Shown in pieces: positions 45,089-55,283 of a stretch of 64,000 bases of DNA. The notes below the pieces were generated by a model, which was given only the letters and a program-made list of their open reading frames with translations, did not search any database and had not been told where the DNA came from. Position numbers and translations under genes: made by a program. How positions within the stretch are numbered: position 1 is the stretch's first letter; each line of letters starts with the position of its first letter. Source of the stretch: Candidatus Latescibacterota bacterium (GTDB taxonomy: Bacteria; Latescibacterota; UBA2968; GCA-2709665); contig OZ241917.1 of the NCBI GenBank assembly GCA_965203805.1, positions 224,001-288,000 of the forward strand. The letters are read 5' to 3'.

Positions 45089-46315
45089 CTACCGGTGATG
45101 GTACCCGTGACCCAGTTCCAGCCGGATGCCGAACACCAGCGCGTTCGCAAGCGTCCGGTCGGCGCCGGGGTTGATGATGTATTGAATGTCCGGCTGGATC
45201 TTCAGTCTGTCGTTGATGCTCACCAGATACGTAAATTCGATTGCCGTTTCGTGGCTCTGCGCGTTGTTGACGGCTCGGAAGTCCGGACCGAATCGCGCCA
45301 TCGCCAGGGAAACCCCGATCCGGTCCTCAGGACGGCGAGGGACGAATCCCGACAGGACCGCCCCGGCGCCGACGTAACTGTCAATAGGATTCAGCGCGCC
45401 GTTGGCGGTCCCGCACCGAACGAATGCCGATGCGCTTCGCTGTTTGACATCGTCCGCGTAAACGTCGCCCTCAGCGAATCCGTACAGACCGTAATTGCCT
45501 CCGCGGCGCACGGTATTCCCGTGCGCATCGGTTTCACGCACTGTCTCGAACTCCGCGCTATACGAGAATGCGCCGAGACCCAACCGCGGGCCGCCGGAGA
45601 ATTCACGGGTGTACTCGAAGGCGTGCAGGACACCCTCGCGGCTGCTCAACTTGATTGCCGTGGCCGAGGGATTGTCCGGATCGCCGGGCACTGCGTCGAG
45701 GAGCGCGTAACGTAGAAGATTGTCTTTGTGGATCTCCCATTGCAGGCGCGCCGACAGCGACGTCACCGGAAATATCGAGGGACCGTTCTCTCCGGTCTGA
45801 GAGTACGTGGGTGCGATTCCGTGAGAACTGTTCAGGAATAACGCCGACGAATCGACCGCGTCGAATTCGCTGTTGAGATCGTAGAGTCCGATTTTCAGAC
45901 TCAATTCGTCGGCGAGACGATGTTCGTACCAGAGTTCATAGAGGCGCAGGGCCCGTTCCGCATCGATGTTGGAGACGACCTGCACGTCGCCCGCGTAAAG
46001 ATCCGAAAACGTCGACGCGTCGTTCCAGAGCAGATAGGCGAACAACGACCCTGTCCCGGCTTCGAAGACCCGCCCGAGGTCGAACTCGATCGTCGCGTCA
46101 ATGTTCTGCAGATAGGCGGAGCCGTTCCGGATCCCCCCCGCGGCGTTTTGAAGCAGATCGCCCTTGTACCCGAGTTGCACCGAAACCGAGCGGGCATCGG
46201 CGTTGGTATCCGCGGTGGAAAAGCCAGGTGTCGAGCCGACCAGCAGCACGCAGAACACAACATGCCGAAAACCGGGAGTGTGTCCGTCTCCGTGCATTCC
46301 TGTCTGCCCTTTCAA
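45089..46315 (-). CDS. OprB-family carbohydrate-selective porin
   Basis: Signal peptide, QVVSNID...RLYELWY, DLNSEF, C-terminal IQPDIQYIINPG...GIRLE. Confidence 0.85.
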   Translation of the reverse strand: MKGQTGMHGDGHTPGFRHVVFCVLLVGSTPGFSTADTNADARSVSVQLGYKGDLLQNAAGGIRNGSAYLQNIDATIEFDLGRVFEAGTGSLFAYLLWNDASTFSDLYAGDVQVVSNIDAERALRLYELWYEHRLADELSLKIGLYDLNSEFDAVDSSALFLNSSHGIAPTYSQTGENGPSIFPVTSLSARLQWEIHKDNLLRYALLDAVPGDPDNPSATAIKLSSREGVLHAFEYTREFSGGPRLGLGAFSYSAEFETVRETDAHGNTVRRGGNYGLYGFAEGDVYADDVKQRSASAFVRCGTANGALNPIDSYVGAGAVLSGFVPRRPEDRIGVSLAMARFGPDFRAVNNAQSHETAIEFTYLVSINDRLKIQPDIQYIINPGADRTLANALVFGIRLELGHGYHHR

Positions 46316-46447
46316 TCTTCCTTCTGCCGGAATGCAGACGGAAGTGATCCAATAGATCGCGCCGTCGTTTTTCCGGCTGGAGAGACGGCGGCGCGTCGTG
46401 TACGGCGGCCGCCGATACCTTCGCGGCCCCTGCTCGAGCAGTACTTC

Positions 46448-47386
46448 CTAGAACTCGAGCTCGAATGTCTGCGAACTGTATCCGGCGAAGATTCCGTACC
46501 CATTCTCAACGTTGCTGTATACGTTCACCGGCTCCGCAAAGGGGTTGTCGTCCGTCGCGTCGTGTAGAAGGGCGCTCTTGAGGTGTCTGTAATATGCCTC
46601 GCTTATGTGGCGGACCTGGAGCCAGATTACGCGCTCCTGGTCTGGCTCAACCACGAGGCTGACGGACGATATCTCGATTTCGTGGGATTCACCATCGAAC
46701 AGGGCATCGCTGAAAAACGGCTCGGAACCTGTAAACGGCTCCACGACTTCGGTGACGGGATCTTCAATCCGGTTGTCGGAGATAATGGATGGATCTCTCG
46801 TCGAAAAATACAGATCGCGCGGACCCGGCCAGCCAGGCGCAATGACTCGAATCTGATAGCGGTTTTCCTCTCCGGGTGGATCCTGAATCTGAAGGTTGAT
46901 CCGGAACTCCATAACGGTCGAAACACCGGGTTCTCCCGAAGGGGGATCGCTGGTCTCGCCGGGAACAGGATCGCTGGTCTCCACGCGAAAGGATTCGATG
47001 GACGTCGGTACGGGTGGGGGCGCCCTGTCAGTCGCCTGGACGGTCTCGAAGCCCGGCGCTGACACGCGCAACGAGTAGGACATGCCTGCCTGCAGGGGCT
47101 CTTCGCTTATATACACTCGTTCCCGGTCAAAGAAGGACAGCCGATCGATGATCCGGCTTTCCGAAAGCAACTCCACGCTGGCGCCGGTAACCAATCGCTC
47201 GGATTCGGGCGAGGGGTCCAGAATGCCAACGGACCGACTGACGGATGCCGCCCATCCGCCGTCCGGCGTGAAGAAGGCCTTTATCACCAGTCGAGGCGTA
47301 TGTTCAGGCAAATTCGGTTGAATGATCAATTCGCACGCGGTGAAAGCGATAACGAAGATCGTAGTCGTGATGCATTTCTTCTTCAT
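46448..47386 (-). CDS. DUF4249-family lipoprotein
   Basis: Lipobox AFTAC; C-terminal PFAEPVNVYSNVENGYGIFAGY. Confidence 0.85.
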   Translation of the reverse strand: MKKKCITTTIFVIAFTACELIIQPNLPEHTPRLVIKAFFTPDGGWAASVSRSVGILDPSPESERLVTGASVELLSESRIIDRLSFFDRERVYISEEPLQAGMSYSLRVSAPGFETVQATDRAPPPVPTSIESFRVETSDPVPGETSDPPSGEPGVSTVMEFRINLQIQDPPGEENRYQIRVIAPGWPGPRDLYFSTRDPSIISDNRIEDPVTEVVEPFTGSEPFFSDALFDGESHEIEISSVSLVVEPDQERVIWLQVRHISEAYYRHLKSALLHDATDDNPFAEPVNVYSNVENGYGIFAGYSSQTFELEF

Positions 47387-47402
47387 TGAGGCGCGCCGAT
47401 GT

Positions 47403-49826
47403 TCAGAACTTGAACCGGTAACTGATCCATGGCAGAACCGGAAACAGGGTCACCTGTTTGGCCTGGTACTCCCTGGTATCCGTCTGAGGGTCATAGAAAT
47501 CGTCGAAATAAATGAAATAGGGGTTCTTTCGGTTGTAAGCATTGTAGGCGCCCACGCGGAATCCGTGCCTGGTCCAGTCGAAGTTGAACCCGAAGTCAAG
47601 GCGATGGTAGGCGGACATTCGGTAGCCGTTGCGTGCTTCGTATATTCTGGTTTCATAGGGCAGCACGCGCGGAGTCCAGAGCTCGCGTCCGCCAATTGAT
47701 CCCCTTACGTACTCGTCATAGTATCTTGCGACGGGTAGGGTAATCGCATTGCCGGTTCCGTACACCCAGTTTAACGAGGCGTTCGTGATGCGCGTCAGCT
47801 GGTGGGACAGGACAAGCGCCACGTCGTGCCGGCGGTCGTAGCGAAAGGGAAAAGCGCGCCCCTCGTTCAGTTCGGGGAAACGCCGCCTGGTCCAGGAAAG
47901 CGTGTACCCGATCCAGCCCGTGGTGCGGCCGCGTTTTTTTTGCGCGAACGCTTCGACGCCGTAGGACCATCCACGCCCGGTTTCCACCTTGTCCTGCCAG
48001 TCCTGGTGTTCCCCGAACCCCGCCATAAAGGTCGCGCCTTCCCGGTACTCGATCAGGTCCGTCATCGTCTTGTGATAGGCCTCCAGGCTGAGTTCGTATT
48101 GTCCCTGTTTCAACGCGCCCGCCACGCCGAGGCCGAACTGCCGCGACCCCTCGGGACGCGCGCGTTCGGTGGCCGGGAGCCACAGGTCGGTCGGGAGCCC
48201 TATGGTGCTGTTTGAGAGTAGATGAATATACTGGCGCATCAGGGAATAGGACGCCTTCAGGGCCCACCGCGGATTCAACAGAAAACGCGTCGAAACCCTG
48301 GGTTGCAGGGATCCGAACCGTGAGTCGTCCACGGCGAAGCCGGAGGCGTGCAGCCCCACGTTGGCGCTCAGGCGCCTGGACAGGCGGACGTCGTCCTCCA
48401 CGTACAGGCCGAACTCCATGGCGTCCGTCGCCTGGGAAACGCCAAGTGTTGTATCCTCCGGGGCGCCGGCGGCGGGGTCGAATCTGTACTGCGCCGCTCC
48501 GGGGCTATAGGTGTGGTAGGTGGCGTTGCCGCCAAAGCGGATATAGTGGGCTGGATTGGGAATGTAGTCGAGATCCATCTTCAGGCCGAAGTCCCGGATG
48601 CCTGAGTGGTAGCGCAGGCTGAGGGTCTCGGTCTCGTGGTCGTCCCCGTCGTGTATCTCGGAGCGATCGTCGATGTCCGAGGTAAGCTTATATCGGCTGA
48701 AGATTGCGGTGAGATTGCCGAAGAGCCGGTTGCTGAAGAGGACGTTCCAGCGCAGCGTCGAAGTGAAATTGCCCCAGCCGAAATCCGCCGACGTCGTTTC
48801 TTCGCTACGATAGGCGCCGGATGTGTACTCCTCCTGTATGTCGCTCCAGAAACGGTCGTCGCCGCCGTAGAAACTCAGGAAGACGCGGTTTCGGGGCGAC
48901 AGGATGTGGTTCATCTTGGCATTGATATCGTAGAAATAATACCCGCCCCGCTCGCCGGGCTCGAGAAAGGGACGGATCAGCAGATCGACATACGTCCGCC
49001 GGGCCGAAACGATGAATGAGGTCCGGTCCTTGCGGATGGGCCCCTGCAGGGTCACCTGAGACGCGACAAGACCGATGGAGCCTTCGGCTTCGAACGATTG
49101 CATGTTGCCGTCCTTCATGGCAACTTCCAGAACCGAAGAAAGACGCCCGCCGAAACGCGCAGGAAATCCGGCCTTTGTGAGCTGTACGTTCTTGACGGCG
49201 CTGGTGTTGAAGACAGAGAAAAAGCCGAAGAGGTGGGACGCGTTGTAGACCGGGGCGTCGTCGAGCAGGATGAGATTCTGATCCGGACCGCCGCCCCGAA
49301 CGTAAAGGCCGCTCATACCCTCGGCGCCGGATTGGACTCCGGGAAGAAGCTGCATGGTTTTCATCAGGTCGACTTCGCCCAGGAGGACAGGCGCCTTCTC
49401 AATCTGGGTGACGGGGACGTCGACAACACCCATCCGCGTCTGTTCCTGGATCGGATCCACTTGCTCGGCCTCTACCTCTATAGCTTGCATTTCCAGAGGG
49501 AGAGGCTTCAGGGCGAAATCCACGCGAAGGTCCCGGTCCAGGCGGATTGCCAGGGTATCGCTCCGAAACCCGATGTAGGAAACCACAATCCGAAGAGAAT
49601 CCGCCGGCAGTGTCAGACTGAAGAAGCCGTAGCGATTCGTCGTGGCGCCCTGTCGCAGGGCAGGTTCGTACAATGAGGCCCCGATCAGTTTCTCGCCGTT
49701 CGAGGCATCCGTGACGTACCCGCTGATGGTGTGTTCCGCAGGGGGCTGCGCATTGGCCCCGCAGACACAGCCAATCCAGAAGATAGACAACCATCCGACG
49801 GGCGTCTTTCGAAACGCCCGATTCAT
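47403..49826 (-). CDS. TonB-dependent receptor (carboxypeptidase-regulatory-like + plug + beta-barrel)
   Basis: TISGYVTDA..GEKLIGA, TNRYGFFSL, QLLPGVQ, YVRGGGPDQN, terminal YRFKF. Start inferred at MNRAFRK. Confidence 0.9.
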   Translation of the reverse strand: MNRAFRKTPVGWLSIFWIGCVCGANAQPPAEHTISGYVTDASNGEKLIGASLYEPALRQGATTNRYGFFSLTLPADSLRIVVSYIGFRSDTLAIRLDRDLRVDFALKPLPLEMQAIEVEAEQVDPIQEQTRMGVVDVPVTQIEKAPVLLGEVDLMKTMQLLPGVQSGAEGMSGLYVRGGGPDQNLILLDDAPVYNASHLFGFFSVFNTSAVKNVQLTKAGFPARFGGRLSSVLEVAMKDGNMQSFEAEGSIGLVASQVTLQGPIRKDRTSFIVSARRTYVDLLIRPFLEPGERGGYYFYDINAKMNHILSPRNRVFLSFYGGDDRFWSDIQEEYTSGAYRSEETTSADFGWGNFTSTLRWNVLFSNRLFGNLTAIFSRYKLTSDIDDRSEIHDGDDHETETLSLRYHSGIRDFGLKMDLDYIPNPAHYIRFGGNATYHTYSPGAAQYRFDPAAGAPEDTTLGVSQATDAMEFGLYVEDDVRLSRRLSANVGLHASGFAVDDSRFGSLQPRVSTRFLLNPRWALKASYSLMRQYIHLLSNSTIGLPTDLWLPATERARPEGSRQFGLGVAGALKQGQYELSLEAYHKTMTDLIEYREGATFMAGFGEHQDWQDKVETGRGWSYGVEAFAQKKRGRTTGWIGYTLSWTRRRFPELNEGRAFPFRYDRRHDVALVLSHQLTRITNASLNWVYGTGNAITLPVARYYDEYVRGSIGGRELWTPRVLPYETRIYEARNGYRMSAYHRLDFGFNFDWTRHGFRVGAYNAYNRKNPYFIYFDDFYDPQTDTREYQAKQVTLFPVLPWISYRFKF

Positions 49827-50081
49827 GGTGACTGCCGCGAAGTGAATGAAAGATGAATGCATGCTGTGTATTGAACGCGCGTTGGTGCTTCGGTGTTCCC
49901 GATGAAACCACGTCATCGGTGGATTCCGGCGCGGGCTTGAATCAGCGGGAGAATGGTGTGAACTTTCCGGGACAGAACACGAAGCCCGACTGTAATGGTA
50001 AAGCGGAATCGGACACATACCGTGAATTCCAAACGGCGTTCACGGCAACTCCCGGAAGGTCGGTTCTCCGGCGTATCTGCA

Positions 50082-50504
50082 CTAACTGGAATCGAGGACG
50101 AGACGGAAACCGCGGTTTCCGGCGGAACGATAGGCCGAAAAGCCGCGCCGGTCGAGGGTGGCGACGTCGGAACATTTCAATTGTTCTGCCAGCAGCACCA
50201 GGGTGGCGTCCGCGTAATCCATCGGGGTATCCGCGTATTTTTCCATAAGCGTTGCGCACGCGCGCAGGGCCGAGGGCTGAGCGAAGTCGAACACCCGGAT
50301 GCGGGCCGAGGTGACGAATTCAGAAAGCAATCGGGGACCGGACCGGCTTCCCGCGACGAAATGCATCGCTTCGGTGACGACCGCGCCTGTCGTACAGAGT
50401 TGTCCCGCAAAGCCGTCGAGCGCGTCTCCCACGCTCTGATGGGCCGGGTCGGCGGCGTTCAGATAGGCGACCAGCGGACCGGTATCCAGCAGCCAGACCG
50501 TCAT
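50082..50504 (-). CDS. vapC: VapC (PIN) toxin
   Basis: LLDTGPLVA, VVTEA, KYADTPMDYADATLV, TLDRRGF. Confidence 0.9.
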   Translation of the reverse strand: MTVWLLDTGPLVAYLNAADPAHQSVGDALDGFAGQLCTTGAVVTEAMHFVAGSRSGPRLLSEFVTSARIRVFDFAQPSALRACATLMEKYADTPMDYADATLVLLAEQLKCSDVATLDRRGFSAYRSAGNRGFRLVLDSS

Positions 50505-50734
50505 CCGCGCCAGTTCCGTTCACGCAATTGATCGCGCCAGGCGTCGGAATCGGGACCCGCCGGTTCGAGACGTCCCTTCAAATGCCCGGCGCGTTGGCCC
50601 AGCGGACGTTCGGAAATGGCGTCATCAAGAAGCCGGCGCACAAGTTCCGAAACCGTCAGTCCCTGCGCACGGGCGCGGTCTTCCAGCGCCTCCCGCATCG
50701 CCCGGTCGGTCCGTACCGTCAGTGTCGTATTCAT
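50501..50734 (-). CDS. vapB: RHH/CopG antitoxin (VapB)
   Basis: TLTVR...LEDRARAQGLTVSELVR; overlaps vapC. Confidence 0.85.
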   Translation of the reverse strand: MNTTLTVRTDRAMREALEDRARAQGLTVSELVRRLLDDAISERPLGQRAGHLKGRLEPAGPDSDAWRDQLRERNWRG

Positions 50735-50770
50735 GTATTACAATATACGACAATGTAATACAAACTGCAA
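50734..50770 (-). promoter_or_regulatory. vapBC promoter and operator, probably giving a leaderless transcript
   Basis: TTGCAG-N17-TATATT ends 7 nt before the ATG. Inverted repeat TGTATTACA-N11-TGTAATACA. Confidence 0.65.
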
Positions 50771-50863
50771 ATGCAATTCCGGGGAATTCGCGTTTTCCAT
50801 TGCAGTCTGTATATTCGTGAGAACCCTGTACGGGAGCCTCTCCTGCATCGTACCGATGATGGT

Positions 50864-51742
50864 TCACACGTCCGCGCCGGCCCGCCGCAGCAAATCCGGT
50901 ATCATATCCGTGAACTCAGCCGGTCTCCCATGAACCCTGTCGCGGAACCGGACCATGAGGTCTTTCACGAGCGGAGAGACCTCAAGCGGCACCCCAAGCG
51001 CTTCACCGAGCGCAACGCCCAGACGCATATCCTTCACCGCAAGGTCAGCGGTCGAACCCATTCGATCACCGTCCAGGAACAGGGAGAGCGTGCGTTCGAA
51101 AATTCGACTCTGACCCATACTCGCTTTCACCGCGTCCAGAAGCTGGTTCAGGTCGATTCCCGCCTTGGCGCCCATGGCCACGCCTTCGCACACGCCGACG
51201 AAGTTCACAAACATCATCAGGTTGTTGATCAGCTTGACCACGTTCCCGGAGCCGGCGGGTCCTACGTGAACGATCCTGTCGCCGATACACGCCAACACCG
51301 GCCGCACCCATTGCAGATCCTCCGCTTCACCGCCGACAAACAGCGTGAGCGTCCCGTCACGCGCGCCAAAGATGCCACCGCTGACCGGCGCGTCGAGCAC
51401 GCGCAAACCGCGTTCGGCCCCAAGCGCGGAAATGCGGCGCGTCACGGCCGGCGCGACGGTGCTGGTGTCGACGTACGTCGATCTTGCCGCAATACCGGCA
51501 AACACGCCGTCGTCACCCAACACCACGTCCTCGACGGCCTCGCCATCGGGCAGCGACGACAACACCACGTCGGATCGAACCGCTACTGTCTTCGCGTTCT
51601 CCGCCCAGGTCGCCCCCGCCGCCTCCAGGTCGCGGCCGGTGTGACGCCGGGTATCGTGGATGGTCAGTTCGTGACCGGCGCCGAGAATATTGGCCGCCAT
51701 CGGCTGCCCCATGTTTCCCAGACCGATGAACCCGACTCTCAT
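50864..51742 (-). CDS. NAD(P)-dependent beta-hydroxyacid dehydrogenase (3-hydroxyisobutyrate/tartronate semialdehyde family)
   Basis: GFIGLGNMG, LDAPVSGG, GSGNVVKLINN. Confidence 0.9.
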   Translation of the reverse strand: MRVGFIGLGNMGQPMAANILGAGHELTIHDTRRHTGRDLEAAGATWAENAKTVAVRSDVVLSSLPDGEAVEDVVLGDDGVFAGIAARSTYVDTSTVAPAVTRRISALGAERGLRVLDAPVSGGIFGARDGTLTLFVGGEAEDLQWVRPVLACIGDRIVHVGPAGSGNVVKLINNLMMFVNFVGVCEGVAMGAKAGIDLNQLLDAVKASMGQSRIFERTLSLFLDGDRMGSTADLAVKDMRLGVALGEALGVPLEVSPLVKDLMVRFRDRVHGRPAEFTDMIPDLLRRAGADV

Positions 51743-51760
51743 GCGAATCCTTTCCCGATG

Positions 51761-52150
51761 TTAGCGCTGCTCGTCGTGGGTGTCGAATTCGGCCGGCATG
51801 GTGATTTCGATCACTTCCCAGTCGTCGGAGTATTCGAGGACTTCGTGCTTGACACCCGGAGGCTGATACCAGGCGTCGCCCGCCTCGACCCGAATTTCGC
51901 CGATGTCCTCGAAATAGAGGCGGGCCCATCCGCTGATCAGGTATACCATCTGAAATTCCAGGTCGTGGGAGTGATAGCCGAGCGGGCCGGTGCAGGGTTC
52001 GTGAGCACGGATGATATGGGCCAGCACGCGACCCTCCGTCGCATCCCTGATACCCAGGTCGCGATAGCTGAAATACGAGCGCAAACCCTGCTGCATCCAG
52101 CGGGCATCTCTGGCGTGAGCGGCAAACGACTTTACCTTTTTTTCGGACAT
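51761..52150 (-). CDS. Cupin-domain protein
   Basis: HSHDLEFQMVY..SGW, GDAWYQPPGVKH. Confidence 0.85.
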   Translation of the reverse strand: MSEKKVKSFAAHARDARWMQQGLRSYFSYRDLGIRDATEGRVLAHIIRAHEPCTGPLGYHSHDLEFQMVYLISGWARLYFEDIGEIRVEAGDAWYQPPGVKHEVLEYSDDWEVIEITMPAEFDTHDEQR

Positions 52151-52241
52151 CGTGGATTCCCCTTTCTTCGTGGTGGTATCCATTGACGGTCGGACAATTC
52201 TGACCACGGAGTCTCCGAACGGCTTCCCACCTGCAGGCGCC

Positions 52242-53249
52242 TCACGCGTTCCATACCTGCTGGAAGATGCGCATCCAGTTGGCGCCGAGCAGTTTCGTGA
52301 TCTCTCCGGCGTTATAGCCCCGGTTGGCGAGCGCTTCCGCGACGTTGGGAAACTCCGATGGCGTGGCGATTCCCTTCGGCTGGAAGCTCAGTTCGGTGTA
52401 CGGAAGCGAGGCGTCTGAAAACGTGGATGGAAATTTCGTGCCCTGCTGCGATCCGATATAGTGCCAGAATTCGATGGGTTGATCCTGGGTGGAATCGGTG
52501 CCGATGGCGACGTGGTCGATGCCAATACGTTCTACCATATTGTCGATGGCGTCGACGAAGTCCTCCACCGTTGATTCGAATCCCCGGGGAAGGAAGGGCG
52601 TGAACGACGTTGCGCCCACGACACCCCCTTTTTCAACCAGGCGGTTCAGCGCGTCCTCTTCCTTGTTGCGCGGATGGTCACAAAAGCGCTTCGCGTTGGC
52701 ATGGGTGATGGCGACGGGATATTCGGACGCCTCGATGGCGTCCAGCGTCGTCCGGGGCCCCACGTGCGACAGATCGATGAGAATGCCGAGACGGTTCATC
52801 TCCCGAACCGCGTCGACACCGAAATTGCTGAGTCCTGCGTCGTTTCGTTCCCAGCAGCCGCTGCCCAGAAGGTTGGTCTCGTGGTAAGTGAGTTGGATCA
52901 CCCGGACCCCGAGTGCGAGGAAGAGACCCAGGCGATCGAGTTCGTTCTCGATCGGCGAAGCGTTCTGAAAGCCAAGAATGATCCCGGTCTTTTCCAGCTG
53001 CTTGGCAGCGCGGATGTCGTCCGTTGTTTTCACCTGCAGGATGTCGTCTCGCTCCCGGAACCGGCGCATCCACGTTGCGAGATGCGCCATGGTCTGGCTG
53101 AAGTTTTCCCATGTGGACACCGTCGCGTTGATCGCCGTGAACTTGCCGGCGCGCAGTTCCCGGAATACGGCATCGCTCGTCCAGTTGCATACGCTCAGCC
53201 CGTCGATTACAATCGCGTCGTTGTAGATTTCACTCGGATGCTTTGCCAT
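52242..53249 (-). CDS. Membrane dipeptidase (peptidase M19) family amidohydrolase
   Basis: IDGL, GVRVIQLTY, IDLSHVG, HPRNK, IGTD. Start MAKHPSE at 53,249. Confidence 0.88.
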   Translation of the reverse strand: MAKHPSEIYNDAIVIDGLSVCNWTSDAVFRELRAGKFTAINATVSTWENFSQTMAHLATWMRRFRERDDILQVKTTDDIRAAKQLEKTGIILGFQNASPIENELDRLGLFLALGVRVIQLTYHETNLLGSGCWERNDAGLSNFGVDAVREMNRLGILIDLSHVGPRTTLDAIEASEYPVAITHANAKRFCDHPRNKEEDALNRLVEKGGVVGATSFTPFLPRGFESTVEDFVDAIDNMVERIGIDHVAIGTDSTQDQPIEFWHYIGSQQGTKFPSTFSDASLPYTELSFQPKGIATPSEFPNVAEALANRGYNAGEITKLLGANWMRIFQQVWNA

Positions 53250-53263
53250 TGGAACACCCCCAC

Positions 53264-54394
53264 TCAATCGAAGCGGTTTCCGATCCTGAACATGTCGCCC
53301 AGGGGATTCTCCCGGTCTTCCAGGGCGTCGGCGATTACGGGACCGATGGCGCCGCCGAACTTGAACCCGTGGCCGCATCCGCACCCGGCAATCAACACCC
53401 GTTCGAATCCCTGGGCCCAGTCGATGACGAACGCTTCGTCCGCCATATCGGCCATGTTGGTATAGAGACAGGACCGGCCTCCGACCAGTTGCGCCGCACT
53501 GAGACCGGGAATGCGCCGGGCGACGAACTCCCGGGCCCAAGCCAGAAATTCGGGCGTCGGATCGCGTGAAACGTCGACCTCGGCATCGTCCAACTTGCTG
53601 TCTTCCGCCACCTTGACGAACCCCTCGTGCAGATACGGAAACCCGTACCACATGTTGCCGGGCGAAAGGATCGACCACACCGGAAAACGGGACCGTTCGA
53701 AGGGCCCCGGATCGTCGGGTACGAAGAAGGCCATCTGCTGCCGCGTGATGCGTACGCGTTTCTTCATTGCCGGTAGCAGTTCGGCCACCCAGGGGCCGGC
53801 CGCTATGACCGCGCGGTCGAACGCCATCCATGCCGCGCCGGTTCGGACGCTGGCCCGGCCACCCGTCTCTTCCACCGCGGTCACGCACGTATTCTCAAGA
53901 ATGGTCACGCCCGCTTCACGCGCCAGCGTCGCCAGGTCCGCCAGCGCCTGGCCGCTGCGCAGATACCCGGCCCACGGGTCGAAGAAAAGCCGGTCTTCGT
54001 CGCCTACGGTGAACTGCGGGAACCGCTCGCGAACCTGGCCGGCGGTGAGTTCGTAGACGTCCCGCGTCAACCGGCTCAGGGTCTCCCAGCCCGCGTGCGC
54101 TTCGTGATCCGAATCCAGATCGCGCGCGACGATCAGCTTGCCGTTCTGAAAGTAAATCGACCCACCGGTGCGGTTGTGCCACGCCCGCCACTGCCCCGCG
54201 GACCTGGTCACGAGCTCCACGTATGTCTCGTTCGGGTACATCGTGCGCCGGATTACTTTGGAGACATCCGTGCTCGATGCCTCCGGGTTGGGGATCTCGC
54301 CGCGCTCGATCAGCGTGACGTCGTGACCGCGGTTACGCAACTCCAGTGCGGCGGCCATACCAAAGATTCCTGCGCCGACAATACAGACATTCAT
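53264..54394 (-). CDS. FAD-dependent amine oxidase (sarcosine/fructosamine oxidase-like)
   Basis: IVGAGIFG, ASSTDVSKVIR, CLYT, GHGFKFG. Confidence 0.85.
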   Translation of the reverse strand: MNVCIVGAGIFGMAAALELRNRGHDVTLIERGEIPNPEASSTDVSKVIRRTMYPNETYVELVTRSAGQWRAWHNRTGGSIYFQNGKLIVARDLDSDHEAHAGWETLSRLTRDVYELTAGQVRERFPQFTVGDEDRLFFDPWAGYLRSGQALADLATLAREAGVTILENTCVTAVEETGGRASVRTGAAWMAFDRAVIAAGPWVAELLPAMKKRVRITRQQMAFFVPDDPGPFERSRFPVWSILSPGNMWYGFPYLHEGFVKVAEDSKLDDAEVDVSRDPTPEFLAWAREFVARRIPGLSAAQLVGGRSCLYTNMADMADEAFVIDWAQGFERVLIAGCGCGHGFKFGGAIGPVIADALEDRENPLGDMFRIGNRFD

Positions 54395-54470
54395 AGGTTT
54401 TCTCTCGAATCGGGGTTGGCGGGTACTGCGGCCGGGCGGGGCCGGGCGCGTTCGGACGATCCTGCGCCGG

Positions 54471-55256
54471 TCACGCCGAGGCGCCGGAATAGTGACGCAG
54501 CCCCCACCGCCAGAAAAGACGAGAGGCGATCAGCATTCCGGCGGCAACGAGAAGGGCGGCGGTCAGGGACTCGGAATCAAGCCGGCCGGTCAGGGCCCGG
54601 GCGGGGACCGTGATTGCAAACGCGACGGGAACGATGAACGTCAATACGAAGCGGAGCCAGTGGGGATAGATGCCTATCGGCCAGCGCCCCGCCTGGACCA
54701 TGGCGTCGAAGATATTGAGGATGTTTTCCACCTTGATGTACCAGAATGAGATGGTGGAAAGGATCAGGAAAAAGCTGTAGATCGTGGCCGCGCCGGACAG
54801 AAGAACCAGGCCGAAAGTGGCGGCGTCGGCAATGCCCACGTCCATGCCCTTCTTGTAGAGGGCATACGACAGCACGATCACGCCCAGCACGAAGTCGGTC
54901 GCCTTCCAGATGCGAAACTGGCTGATGCTGATCAGAAACTGCGCGTCCGCCGGCTTTGTGAGGGTGTAGTCGAGCGTCCCCCGGCGGACGTCCGTCATCA
55001 GCTGCGACATACTGGGCCGGATGACGATAGAGATCGCCCCCCCGATAATGACGAATACGCCGATCAGGGCGAGCAGGTCGTAGGATCGCCAGTCGCCCAG
55101 GGTTTCCGTGTGCAGAAAGACCACGTAGACCCCGAGAAGCGCCTGTACGAGGCTCACCGCGGACTGGAAGATCTGGACGTAGAAGTTGACGCGATAGGCG
55201 AGTTCATTGAGAATGCCAATCTTCAGGAACGTCCAGATCACGTTCACTTTGTGCAC
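54471..55256 (-). CDS. ABC-2 family permease (DUF990-like)
   Basis: YRVNF, GTLDYTLTKP, WPIGIYP, WRWGLRHYSGAS. Confidence 0.88.
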   Translation of the reverse strand: MHKVNVIWTFLKIGILNELAYRVNFYVQIFQSAVSLVQALLGVYVVFLHTETLGDWRSYDLLALIGVFVIIGGAISIVIRPSMSQLMTDVRRGTLDYTLTKPADAQFLISISQFRIWKATDFVLGVIVLSYALYKKGMDVGIADAATFGLVLLSGAATIYSFFLILSTISFWYIKVENILNIFDAMVQAGRWPIGIYPHWLRFVLTFIVPVAFAITVPARALTGRLDSESLTAALLVAAGMLIASRLFWRWGLRHYSGASA

Positions 55257-55283
55257 AGTCGGAGCCCCTCGCTGAATCTGTTC

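Noticed and set aside
46940-46985. Short duplication encoding ETSDP twice in the DUF4249 gene
   Set aside because: Two units in a probable flexible loop; no sign of a variable array.
50771-52186. 471-aa + strand ORF (likewise 55,110-56,255, 58,239-59,756 and 62,401-63,522)
   Set aside because: Each overlaps well-supported - strand genes and has no recognisable domain.
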